From Octopus sinensis (Eukaryota), in NCBI RefSeq assembly GCF_006345805.1, contig NC_042997.1, positions 51,832,001 through 51,896,000 on the forward strand: a DNA stretch of 64,000 nt, read 5' to 3'. Below the pieces are notes generated by a model. The model made no database searches. It was not told the origin of the DNA and saw nothing but the letters and a program-made list of their open reading frames with translations. This document shows, one piece after another, positions 52,486-64,000 of this stretch. Each line of letters starts with the position of its first letter. The stretch's first letter is position 1. Both the position numbers and the translations under genes were made by a program.

Positions 52486-53674
52486 GTAAGTATAAAACCA
52501 TAATAAATTGATAGTCTCTTATCTGATCAATAAATCATTTAGGTTTGTGTTTCCTCTAAACATTACAACTATGTTGCTATAGAGAGTGAGAGAGGCAGAT
52601 AAGAAAAGTGAGGATCATACCAAGAGTGTAAAGGATAGCATGATTTTTAAGGATGTATATGATTTCCATACTATTTTTGATTTTCAATATTACTACTGTC
52701 CTTCTGATTTACATGTTAAAAAGGATACTGAATCTATGTACTTAAGATATTGCCACCTCATTTAAGTAGGGTTTCTCCTAGTACTTTGGTTTCATGAGAT
52801 ATTCTATTCAAGATATGAACAGTAATTGCTAAAAACTATTTTTCAAAAGAAACTGATTACAAAATTAAAGCTCTTAATATGTTATATGACAACTAGATTA
52901 AAATTCTGTCAAGGAAAAAGGTAAAAAAAAACAAAAAAAAACTGAAGTGGTTAGTACCTGTCTATGACAGTTACTACACTGAAATTGCGTTTTTTTTTAA
53001 ACATTTAAATTTGAAATAAACAAACAGTTGTTTCATTATATTTTAACTTCATAGTTTTTAGATTTCAGTAAGTTAATTAGAAGTATAAGTTTATCTTGCA
53101 TTTCTAAGTATCTTATTTGCAACGTAGTACTCCTATTAATTAGTTGATTAATTCATTCTACCAATTATGCAAATTATACATACTCATTTAATTCTGTCAG
53201 AGTTTGTGTATATACTTTAAAAATAGCTATAAGCCAAATATTTTCTCTATGATCAGTGAATTGAATAATTAATCTCTGATGAAATAGTAATCAATGCTGA
53301 AACTAGTTGCCTAATTTCCTTTTTCTGCCGCAGAAAAATTTCCAAAGGGTCTATTATTTTGCAATGAAGCCAAAGTGTGTGTTTACATAAAACACACATT
53401 GAAGTTTATTTAATTATCCTATTGCTATGTAATGCTCCTATTAATTAATTAGTAAGAGTTATGTTAAATTTTGAGTAATATTTTCTGCTTATTATTTTCT
53501 TTTTTCACTTGTTTCTGATTATACCTCTTAATCACCTCTTAAGATATAATTTAAAAGCATTCTGTTCTGTTTTCATTGCATTTGTTGACATGTATAAAAA
53601 TGTTAAACACCCTGCTCTTCCCCCAAAAAGCATTTCTGTGAATATTTCATTTATGGCTGTATGGTATTTCATTT

Positions 53675-54054
53675 GTGGCTGTGTGGTAAGAAACTTGCTT
53701 CCCAATCACATAGTTCCAGGTTCAGTTCTGCTGTGTGGCACCTTAGACGAATGTCTTCTACTAGTCTTGGGCCAACCAAAGCCTTGTGTGTGGATTTGGT
53801 AAACAGAAACTGAAAGAAGCCCGTCATATGTATATATCTATGTGTGTGTGTCTTTGTGTCTGTATTTGCCCCCCCCCCTCTAGCTTGACAACTGGTGTTG
53901 GTGTGTTTACATCCCCAGAACTTAGCAATTTGGCAATAGTGACCAATAGATTATAAGAAAAAGTCCTGAGGTTGATTTGTTTGACTAAAACCCTTCAAGG
54001 CAATGCCCCAGTATGGCTGCAGTTAAATGACTGAAACAAGTAAAGGATAAAGGA
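53675..54054 (+). mobile_element. Full-length tRNA-derived SINE with CR1-type tail
   Basis: gtggtaagaaacttgcttccc...ggttcagttc...gcaccttagacgaatgtc...ggcaatgccccagtatggctgcag...atgactgaaacaagtaaagg. Confidence 0.88.
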
Positions 54055-54058
54055 ATAC

Positions 54059-56230
54059 TTTATCATTTTGTCACATTGGTTTCAGGCAGAGGCTGAGGCC
54101 ATGCTGGGGCACCACCATTCAGTGTCACTGGGTCTCTTTCCTTTATTGTTTCTGGTGAAGTAACAAGTCCAATGGTGCTGTTCTTCTTTGTGTCTCCTGC
54201 AGTGGTTTGTGTTCATTTGGTATCTCAGATAAAACTTTGTCTTGACATTCTTCAAAGACTGCCCCATCTACACCTCGCAAATCCCTGAGGCTGTTTGGCA
54301 GAATATTGAATAGTTATTGGACCCTTGAACCCCAGGCTGTAACAGTACTGGATCCTTATTCTAGATGGAAAAGATGGAAGCTTTGGTACTATGCAGTGTT
54401 GTCAAGTTCAGGGGTTGGTATAGCTTTCAGTTCCAAAGTTGGGAGCTAGGCCTTCCAGAATCTTCCATTTGTATATAACTGCATATCTTTCCCATATTCT
54501 ATCTTGGGAGTAGGGCTTCAGTTCCTTTAGCCTCTCCTAGTAGCTCATATGTTGCACCAGATCAATCTTCTTAATGTAGTGGTGCTGGATTGCTTTGATT
54601 TCTGCCATCAGTTTGACACTCTGCAGTGACCACAGTTGGGAGCACTTATCCAAGTTCTATATAGGAGTAGCTTGGTATCCTTTTTATTGGTTGTGAATGA
54701 TCTCAGAATTCACCCAGCAACTCACCTGCACATTGTTGCCATCTTGGAAATATGCACATGGAGTGTTGCATCATTATACATGTGGATTCCCAGATCATGC
54801 ACCAACTCTGACTCTGGGATTGCACTATCCCCTGTTCCTGTGTATTCTGATCATATTTGTGGGCTGATAGTATAGTACTTGAAACTTCTCAGCATTGAAT
54901 TGCATGTTACTTTCATCAGGTTTTTCTGGGTTTTTTTTAGGATGTCATCAGGGTCATTGATTGCCAGTGATTCTTTTATATCATCAGCTTAGCTGTTGTG
55001 AGTGGCCAACTATAGGGCCGAGCGTATCTCTGAGAGAGCCACCGCAAGCATTTGTGGTTCCAGTACAGTTCCTTAAGGAACTTTGCTGAGAATTGATGTT
55101 TCCCCAGAAAAAGCACCATTGGCTTTAATTGTCTGGAGTATCTGTTTTACATTTGACTTCCAGTCAGCCTTGTAGAAGTTCAGACTCGATATGGTTTGGG
55201 TGCCATCTGTGTGGAATACATCTTTAATTAGTCTTGGACAATACATCGTCAGTTCTATCATGTTGGGGCCTGAGAAAGCTGTCAGTGATATTTTCACATT
55301 GTCAGTGAAACAGAGGTCTAATATGTTAACATTTCTGGTTGGAGACAGTATGGTTTGCTCTGTGAACATCATTCCATGAGATCAAGCAGAGATTCTGCTT
55401 ACTGATGTTCTTTGCATGTCATTCCTGAGATTGTCACTTTCTGGCCATCTGATGTTGGGGCAGTTGAAGACCTCCATCAGAAGTGCATTAATATATTGAT
55501 CTATCTTTGTTAGTACTTCTTTTATCATTGTAAGACTATCCTCAAATTCATAATTATGATTTGAGGCATTGGACAGACAACATAATGTGCATAATACCAC
55601 ATAAAATTACTTTAAAAGCTCTATGAGTTTCAAACTGAGTTTGAATATGACAAGATTAGTGATGTGACATCTTCATAGATGTACAATGCAACTCCACTGT
55701 GACTTGTTTCTCTTCTGTCTGCATTGAACACAGCATACATAGGTATGTGTATCTCTGTGTCAATTGTATCTACAGGCAGATGTGTCTCTGTAAGTGCAAT
55801 GCATATTGTTCAATTGCATACAAAAAGATCCTTCAGTACATGATTTCGTGCTTGTTGTTGTCTTGTAGGAGGCCTTTGATATTTACTAGTAGAATTGGTA
55901 TGATGGTCGGCTTAGTGGTAAGTCTATTGTTTGTGTAGGGGTGCTCATGGCTTAGTTTTGTTTGTAACCATTTTAGCTGCTGCACTATCTTTTGTAACAC
56001 ATTTAAAAAATTCTGCTGTTCTACAGTTGCAACTTACACTGCATCTGCATACAGCTTTTTTAGTGGTCTTACTTGTGGGTCTGCATTGGGACATGAGTCT
56101 CTCTGGGTGTGTTTTTATTCTATCTTGTTGGTTTATTGGAGAGTGGTTTTTGCCATGGATTCCATTCTGCCTGAACTTTGGATGTGGAAAATGGCAGTTC
56201 ATCCCCATCTCTCCATGTCAGCAGACATGT
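54059..56230 (-). mobile_element. CR1-type LINE with internal deletion (ORF1 remnant, APE, RT C-terminal half, 3' UTR)
   Basis: Motifs FNCPNIRW, SPTRNVNILDLCF, FYKADW, SKVP*GTVL, *ADDIK, MQFNAEKFQ and ERLKELK..YKWKILEGL in order. NCHFPHPK near 56190 resembles an ORF1 CCCH remnant (weaker). Confidence 0.85.
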
Positions 56231-57273
56231 TAAGTTTACAAAATTTTCAGAATGAAGTATAGCATGTGTTCATCACCAAGTTGCCGTATTTTATGTCATA
56301 TCAATAAGATAGGTTTCTTTCGTAGTTATTTATTAGAATATTTTTGCCTGAAGCAACTATTTTAAACAGAATAGAGATAATATTTACAAAGCATTTGCTT
56401 TGCTCTTTCATTCTACCATCTAACCCCAAGCTTTGATTAATAACAAATTTAATATATTTGCTTTTTTTCAGTCTCCTTAGCACTTCAAATTAAACAAGTA
56501 CAAATCTAACATAGCCTTCATTTTTATGTCATAAAACATTATTAATTAAAATAAGTGGAGAGGGTTTTTTGTTAAGTACATATTATGCAAATAAATAAAT
56601 TACAAAAAGATAGGTATATTATATATGAAGGGAAGATATAAAAATATATTGTGAGAAAGGGAGGTGTAGGGAGATTTGGAGAAAATATTAGCCCAAAATA
56701 ATGTAGGTCATGTAGTTATAGAAGGGAGAGTTAAATAGTAAATATATATCAATATAGTATGTGCAGAGGATGTGATGATTAATAATTCAATTCTATATTT
56801 CAAAAAGATAGAGATATTAGGAAAAAAAAGAAAATGTTATTAAAAAATTAAGATAAGGTGGGGGGAATATTATTTAAGATTAATCAAAAGGAATTTGGTC
56901 CTGTGTTTACATGAAAAAATTTTTTCATCTCTAGTGTTAACCAGATGTCCATTCATTCTCATTATGTTGTAACTTTCTTCCAAACATAACCTACAAATTT
57001 TGTTATTATAATCAGTAAGATGGGGCAGAAGATAGGATTTTCCAAGATATTGAGTAATCGATATTGTTTCATTTGAGTTGCCAAATTTTTTTAGCTAGAC
57101 CTGTGCTATTTTCTTTTCTAGGCTCATTAAAGGAAGATCTATGATTATTTATTCATGATTTTATAGAATTTTTCGTGCAACCAATGTATATATATTAAGA
57201 GGAGTTATGAGTAATAATGGTTGCTTGGTATACTACTCCATTTCAATATATTTATGTAATTTTTACATTGTAG

Positions 57274-57405
57274 TGGAAGAGACAGATATTAATGAACTTG
57301 AAAAATGCTATTGGGACCTAAAGGAAAAATCAAAATCTGGTCGGTTTGACCAAGAGACATTCAAGCAACTTATTTGTCCACCTGTACCAGATATGTTATG
57401 TGAAG
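57274..57405 (+). CDS. USP32: USP32 coding exon 6 (132 nt)
   Basis: ttgtag acceptor, G/gtgagt donor; (L)EETDINELEKCYWDLKEKSKSGRFDQETFKQLICPPVPDMLCE(G). Confidence 0.95.
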
Positions 57406-58380
57406 GTGAGTAAATATTGTTAAAAGATTTTCTTTTTGCATTTAACTTTCTAATAAAACTAAAATGTTCCTTTTCTTTCTCTTTCTCTAGATATCTTTCT
57501 TCATTTTTTAAAAATTCTGTAATGAATTCAAAACTTCTTAACAGTCACTACAACATGATAACATGATAAAGATTTATATTGTATATTCCTGTTGAACATC
57601 AGCTTTATCTTAGCTGTTGTTTAATATTTTTACATTAATCAGTTGCTTCACATATCTGAAATAGATAATACTGCTACTACAGATTGAAACATTATAAATT
57701 TCTTAAAGAAAGCTATTCAGCTGATCAACATTGATTCCTTCATCAATATGCTACAACCACTAGCTTACAGGTGTACTGTTTCTCCACCTCTTCTATAATG
57801 ATAGGTGTATAACTTGTGTTCCTCTAAACTAGCTTACAATATATCATCCCTGCTGTATCTCACTCTCCAGGTTTTGTACTAAGCTCATTTTTGCAATCAA
57901 TTCTCCCCAGACTTCAAATCTGAAATATTATTTTAATCTACATTTTACTCAACTGATGTTGTCATAATTTATAGCTGCTCAAGTTGGATATCACCCACAT
58001 CAGTTTCACCAGTCTTAGATGGGCTCCATAGAACATGGACATTATTCCTTCTCCTTGGATTAGTTAATAACAATTTTGTTTCAACTGTTAAATACCAAAA
58101 AATTATCCCCTTCATAACATTTATTTGTTTGATTGATTGCATGAGGGTCTACTCTGGTGTCTTAGAGAAACTGTCAAATTTATGAAGTTCTAAAGTTTTA
58201 TTGGTGATTATTAAGATTTTTAGTAAATGATTTCATTATGTATTTCAGACTTACCCAATATCATATTCTGAGTAAGTTACAGATTATAAAGAGAACCAGT
58301 TAAAGAATGAAATGTGATAGAATTATATCCACATACCTAAGATACATAGCAATAGAATTTCCTTCAGATATTGGTGTTTA

Positions 58381-58610
58381 TTGTAGTTGCTTGTAATTTA
58401 TGCACAAGGCCAGTAATTTTGAGGGTTGGGAATTAATCATTACCATTGATCCCTACCTACTGTACTTGATTGATATAGTATTTTATCAACCTCAGATGGA
58501 GGAAAATCGAAGTTGGTCTCCATAAGATTTGAGCCTAGACTATAAAGAGCCAGAATAAATTACTTCAAAGCATATTTTCTAGCATTCTAATCATTCTGTC
58601 AGCTTGCTGC
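58381..58610 (-). mobile_element. Degenerate SINE with Nin/Deu-type core
   Basis: Reverse complement (ttcgattttcctccatctgaggttgataaaa...ggccttgtgc) is homologous to 38198-38375. Confidence 0.6.
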
Positions 58611-59339
58611 TGTATAGAGATTTCAATAATAGTACAGAATATACGCAATATAGAGGAAATTTTCCTTTTGTTTACATCTGTTTCAGTGAATAATGGGTCA
58701 ACTATCTCTTAACATTTATATTAACTTTTACCTTCACTGATGTTGTTTAGCCTCAGGTCAACTTTGAGCAAACTCACAATTAAAGGCAATATCATCTGAT
58801 CAGTACGTGCCATTTGTTTTTACATTTTTCATTGTTGTTGTATACTAGACGTATTTAAGTATTTATGACTATATATTCAACATGTTATTTGAAAGATACA
58901 TGGTTGCTATTTCTAGCAGTTTGAGTGAGCATGTAAAGATTTCTGTTTTGGACATCAATGATATGAATTCATTGTCATGAAGTTGATGCAGAGATACTAA
59001 TTTAACAAAAGTAGTTTCTTTGTTCATTTGTCCTTGCATATTTACTTGGGATGTAAATAATTTTTGTGTGTTTTGTGTGTCTGTGTTTGTAATCAGTTTT
59101 CTATTAGATGTGGTTTTGGGTGGCTTTATTTGTAGCAGCATCATCATTCCAGATGATGGAGAAGTATTCCATTTGAGAGTCTCCTTTGTGCTCTATAAAG
59201 AGTCAGCAATTATTCGGAGATGAAGTAGGATAGTCTTTAGTATACTGTTTTTATTGTGTTAGAAATGTGGAGTTACCATGAGAGATTATCTTGTCAATCT
59301 CTTTACTCTCTCTCTCTACAGAGTTATGTCTTGATCTTT

Positions 59340-59950
59340 AGAAATATGATGCAGTATGTTCCACCTGCTCTGACTCCACCAACTATTCACCTATTACACG
59401 TTACTTCTAACATGTTATTGGTGATAGGAAACACTCATTAACAAGCTCCATCTCCAATACTTTGAGTATTTTTCTCTTCTCTGTGACCACCAGTTTGGTT
59501 TTAATAAACCAGATCTGTTATGCAGTTGCTTTGTTATTCACCAATGGTTCACTCTGTTTTGAGAAATTCATTAAATGTAATGATGCACTTGAAATCAACA
59601 AAGTATTTTACTGTTGTATGAGAAGTTCCTGGCTATGTTGCTTACTTATGGACTTTATTGTCTCTTGTGTTGGAAGTTTCCTGTCTATTCACACCATCAC
59701 AATATACACTGATGACGCTTTTCTGCCTCATAGTTCTCCATCAACTCTTGTGTCCTATTGTTTGATTATGTTCCCAATATTCTCATCTCTATGTGTTAAC
59801 AATATGCATTCCTATGCACTTGATACCAGACTTCTCTCCTCATGAACCTCTATTCACATTCACAAGCATCATTCAACCCAGGTACCTCATTTCAAATCTA
59901 TACTGCCTTCACTAACAGACCTATTGAAAACCTACTGTAATTGAGATATA
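59340..59950 (+). mobile_element. Degenerate Jockey-group LINE RT fragment
   Basis: Remnants TNYSPIT, DHQFGF, ALEINKVF and IYTDD in RT order. Confidence 0.55.
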
Positions 59951-60169
59951 ACAATCTTGTTTCTTTCAACAGCACAAAGATACAATCACTGCACATATTG
60001 AAGAAACCATCTTCTGTAGTTTTGGATAACACTTATGTTGAAAGATGCTACTTGCAATATTGAGAAGTAAGAGGGAAATTTCCATACTAGAAGCAAGTAT
60101 GGAATTATTCAATATTATGTAGTCAATGTAATGAAATGGTTTACAATAGTTATTGTAAGTCATCATGTA

Positions 60170-61401
60170 CAAGGTGGTACCAAAAAGTTCCTAGACTAGT
60201 TATGTTTAATAAAAAATAACTTATTTACCTAATTTTTAACATCATTTCTTTCAGAATAGTCACCCAGCTTTCCTGCTACTTTTGGAATCTGGCCTGGAAT
60301 TCGTTTTTCATAAGCGAGTTGAGGACCTTCTGCAATTTACTCTTTATCTTGACAACAGTGTTAAAATAATGACCTTTTAGCTGCATTTTCATCTTGAGGA
60401 AGAGATGGAAGTTTGTAGGTGCTAATTCTGTCAAATAGGGTGGATACGGAAGTGATACCATGTGGTTTCTGGGGAGAAACTCAGTGACGATGCATTGTTG
60501 CCGTGAAGAATTGGATTCTTCACACTCCCCAGATCTGATTGCTTTTGCCGAATGTCTCCCTCAGACACTTCAAAATGTTGCAATAGAACTCTCAATTGAC
60601 ATTCTGGCCCTCACGAACGAATTGTCAATGCACAATACTATGGAGCAATGAACATGCTCTTGATTGAGCAGTGACTCTGTTGTGCCTTCATCGGTCATAG
60701 AGATGAAGTGCTCTTCCATTGTGATGACTGCTGCTTCATCTCAGGGTCATACCCCAACTCATCACCAGTGATAATCCTTGACATGAAAGATGGGTCATCA
60801 GTGGCTTGCTGATGGAGATCTTGACAGACTTTGGCATAATGTTCTTTCTGCTTGGTGGTCAGCAGGTGGGGCACAAACTTGGTAAAGACATGCTGCATGT
60901 TCAATTCAGATGTTAGGATTGCCTGCATGGACCTATACAACAGACCAAACAATATCAGCAATGTTGTTGATTGTTCTCTGACAATTCTCAAACATGTGCT
61001 AATGAATTTTCTACACGTTTCCAAGGGTGACACTCGTGGCAGGTCTTCCAGGGACATTGCTCTGCTTTTGAAGCACCCGTGCCACTCCAAACATTGTGTA
61101 CAACTCTTTCCCTCATTGCTGTAAGCTTGCCAAAGCATACTTAATGTCTCTACAGCAGATTTCCCAAGTTTAATCCAAAATTTCTCATTGGCTCTTTGTT
61201 CCTTTCTACAACAAAAATTGCAGACTACAGCATACATGTTATCACACAAACACAAATTTCACAATTGCAAAGTAAACAGCGATTTCACTCAGCACACTGC
61301 CTCATGAAGGCCACTGTTAACTCTCACTGCACGTACAATCATGTGCTGTCATTTGTTGGCGTTCTATAGAAATAGTTCAGGAACTTTTTGATACCTCCTC
61401 G
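60170..61401 (-). mobile_element. Mariner transposon, degenerate, 1232 bp, same family as 31874-33159
   Basis: TA at 60168-69 and 61402-03; 31-bp TIRs 25/31 identical; EQRANEKFWIKLGKSAVETL, ITGDELGYDPEMKQQSSQW, PPYLTELAPTNFHLF. Confidence 0.93.
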
Positions 61402-61644
61402 TAGGTTGATTAAAAACAAAATTTTAAAGGTATTAGATGTCTTGGTATAAAATATATCAGCTACTTAAAACAATTGCTTGATTAATTCACTGGGAATAGT
61501 AGGCAAGATCTGTTAGTAAGATGTACTAATTTCTATTGCAAGTACTTTAAAGTAGTATGAAGAATATTGGGAAACTGTTGCTTCTTTCAGCAACATGGAT
61601 CATAGCATATCTGTCTGTCTATCATTGTCTGTCTGTCACTTACC

Positions 61645-61785
61645 TCATCAGCTTCTTTGTTTATCCATGCAGGCATTGGTTTTATAGGTCTTCTCTAGTT
61701 TGGCAAAGTACCACTTGTTATGGTCTTTTGTCATCTCCTCCATGACTTTTAGCTTCCTCAGGTCATCTTTCAGCAGCCCCTCCTG
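61645..61785 (-). mobile_element. RTE C-terminal fragment
   Basis: LKDDLRKLKVMEEMTKDHNKWYFAKLEKT parallels the RTE C-terminus. Confidence 0.6.
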
Positions 61786-62851
61786 TATTAACACACACAC
61801 AAAAAAAAATTAGTGGTACCTGTACAGTTAAAGAATCACCATGTGTTTAGAAAGTGGCCAGTTATCAAAGACGTTGGCTAATGTAAACAGAGATGATCTT
61901 TGCTCCTCATTGATAGTATATAATATGAATATTGGGAATGAAAGGTAAATGTAGACCAAAGAAGATGTGGGTGATATTGAAAGGTCAGACTTAACAAATG
62001 GGTCTGGCAGATGCTATATTTCAGACTTGCCAATCTATGCCAACATCAAAAACTACATTACATTGCTGCTGATGATAATGGGGTGGTGGTTTCCTGATGA
62101 GCATTGAATTTTTATTGATTAAAAGCTGGAATACCATAAATGCATTTAACTTTATCCGTATTTTGCTTTTAAATTTGTTCTCAAAGCTTATACTTTGCTA
62201 ATATAAATATCTATGCGTGTATGATTAAAATTGCATTAGAAAAGAAGTTTTTCATACTAAAAGCAACAATTTGTATTCTACAAATATTAAAAAAAAAAGC
62301 TAAAAAGGAAAAAGAAAGTAAAAATTAGAGGTTCTTCAATAAAAACTTTAGTGACCAATTATTTTAACTGAAATGATTGCTGAATCGATGGAACTAGTGT
62401 AATTTATCCAAAATGAATGCTCTCAGCCACCAGAAACATGTTTGCAAATATTTAATGGATACCAAATAAATAAAAAAATTCTTTTCCTTTCTTGTTTAGG
62501 CCCATTATCTGATATCTGTTGGCTAGCAATAAGAAAACGGATAGACAAAAGTCTTTGTTGCTATTACTAATTGACTATTTATAATAAAATTAATAGATTT
62601 TTTTTGCACGTAGTTGAAAATTGCATTGTAAATCAATACTGTATGTGTATATATATATATATTGAGATAGTTATTTGGAATATGGTGATTTTAGTAAAAA
62701 AAAAAAAATCCTTTGTTTAAGAATTTTTGAATTAAGCAATGGAGTCCCCAGCATGACTGCAGTTTTCAAGCTGAAACTAGTTAAAGAGGTGTGTGTCATA
62801 CCTTATACAAAAGCCTTTGAATCACTTATGTAGATTTACATCTTGTATATA

Positions 62852-63037
62852 GGTTAGTTTAGTTCCACTGTGTGGCACCTTAGCCAAGTGTCTTCCACTA
62901 TAGCTTTAGGGTAACCAAAGTCTTATGAGTGGATTTGGTAGATGGAAACTGAAAGAAGCCTGTTGTGTGTGTGTGAGTTTGTGTCCTTGTCTTGACATCA
63001 TGCAAGCATGGAAAAGTGGGTATTAAATGATGATGAT
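62852..63037 (+). mobile_element. Internally deleted SINE with RTE-type tail
   Basis: gttccactgtgtggcaccttagccaagtgtc...gaaactgaaagaagcc...catgcaagcatggaaaagtgggtattaaatgatgatgat. Confidence 0.8.
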
Positions 63038-64000
63038 ACATATATGTGTGTGTGTGTGTGAGAGAGAAAGAGAGAGAGAAATAGTAGAAAAATTCAGAAC
63101 AGTCTTGTCTTAATTTGAGAAATTCATTCATTCAGATTTGGTATCAGTATGACTAAAGGGAAAAAAAATGGAAAGAGTATTACTATTGTAGTTGTATTTA
63201 TTTAATATCAATTGTATTTTTATTATCAACCAAATTGCATGAGCAAATACCTATTCTGAATATTTTTCAAGAAGAAATAATTGGTTAAATTAAGTGGAAA
63301 AAAAAAACATAGAAATACAATTATTTTAATTTATCTAAATTGATAAGCAAATGAATGATATTCTGTCACATGCTACCATTAGTACTACATCTTCTGCTAC
63401 TGCAGATTTATCAGATTTAGGAGAAGGGTAATAAGTCATCAATATTTTCTCTATTTATTGATTGACTGATTGACAGCTGTAATTGATTAAATATCTTCTT
63501 TATTGTTACCATTATCAAAGTAATTTCTATAGGAAATGCAATACTAGCTGTTATCTGCAATATCTGGAATTAGAAACAAGCTGGAAGAGAAAGCAAAAAA
63601 AAAAAAATACTGGATTAATAGCATATATTTCCAATAGTAGAAGTAAAATCTCTAGTCGTCCTTTTGAAGCATCTTCTTGTCTTCTTTGTTTCAAGCCAAG
63701 ATTTTTTAAATGAAAATGTGCTTTTCTGAGGCTTAGGTTTCATACTGACGAAGCTGTTGATTGAAAAAAAAAAATTCATTTATGAGTTTGGAAAATGAAT
63801 TATTAGTATTAGATAAAAAAAAATTTACCTTATTTTAATTAAAATATTCTGTTCATTTTGAAACTGGAATTTATAGCATTTTCAAAATCAGTTCTTTTAA
63901 CACTTTTTCACCATGTTAGCATAAGTCGGAGGCAGGAACTAATTTAGAGGCAGCATTTTATGGTCATACACCCTTCCTGTCATGTGCCCTTATTCTTTTT

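Noticed and set aside
53270-53315. ctgatga...gaaactagtt hammerhead-like match
   Set aside because: Three extra bases before helix II, a GUU triplet and no helix I; likely chance.
62480-62550. Strong acceptor followed by a short frame (PLSDICWLAIRKR...)
   Set aside because: It does not resemble the expected USP32 exon 7 (LFNAFDENRD), has no clear donor and reaches a stop.

Overview
AT-rich eukaryotic genomic DNA, dense in microsatellites. The repeat families look like an octopus/cephalopod genome (inference). One host gene is visible on the + strand: five GT-AG exons encoding the N-terminal EF-hand-like region of USP32 (coding exons 2-6: 39426-39553, 41645-41750, 51132-51250, 52326-52485, 57274-57405). 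I found neither coding exon 1 nor exon 7, so the rest of the window is probably intronic. It is filled with repeats: RTE-clade LINEs (one nearly intact), a CR1-type LINE, Jockey-like LINE debris, a Helitron RepHel fragment, two mariner transposons, two TTAA/piggyBac-type MITEs and at least three tRNA-derived SINE families. Two observations stand out. (1) There are two hammerhead-ribozyme motifs with intact cores, each inside an inverted-repeat/foldback cassette. One lies in the sense orientation at the apex of a ~500-nt foldback 1.8 kb upstream of USP32 exon 2. A third, decayed copy is also present. (2) There is an unannotated-looking 75-nt exon candidate in USP32 intron 3. It creates a stop codon if joined to exon 3, but carries a strong-context ATG in frame with exon 4 that would give USP32 a new hydrophobic N-terminus. 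Everything was read by eye. No database search, folding program or expression data was available, and boundaries of degenerate repeats are approximate.
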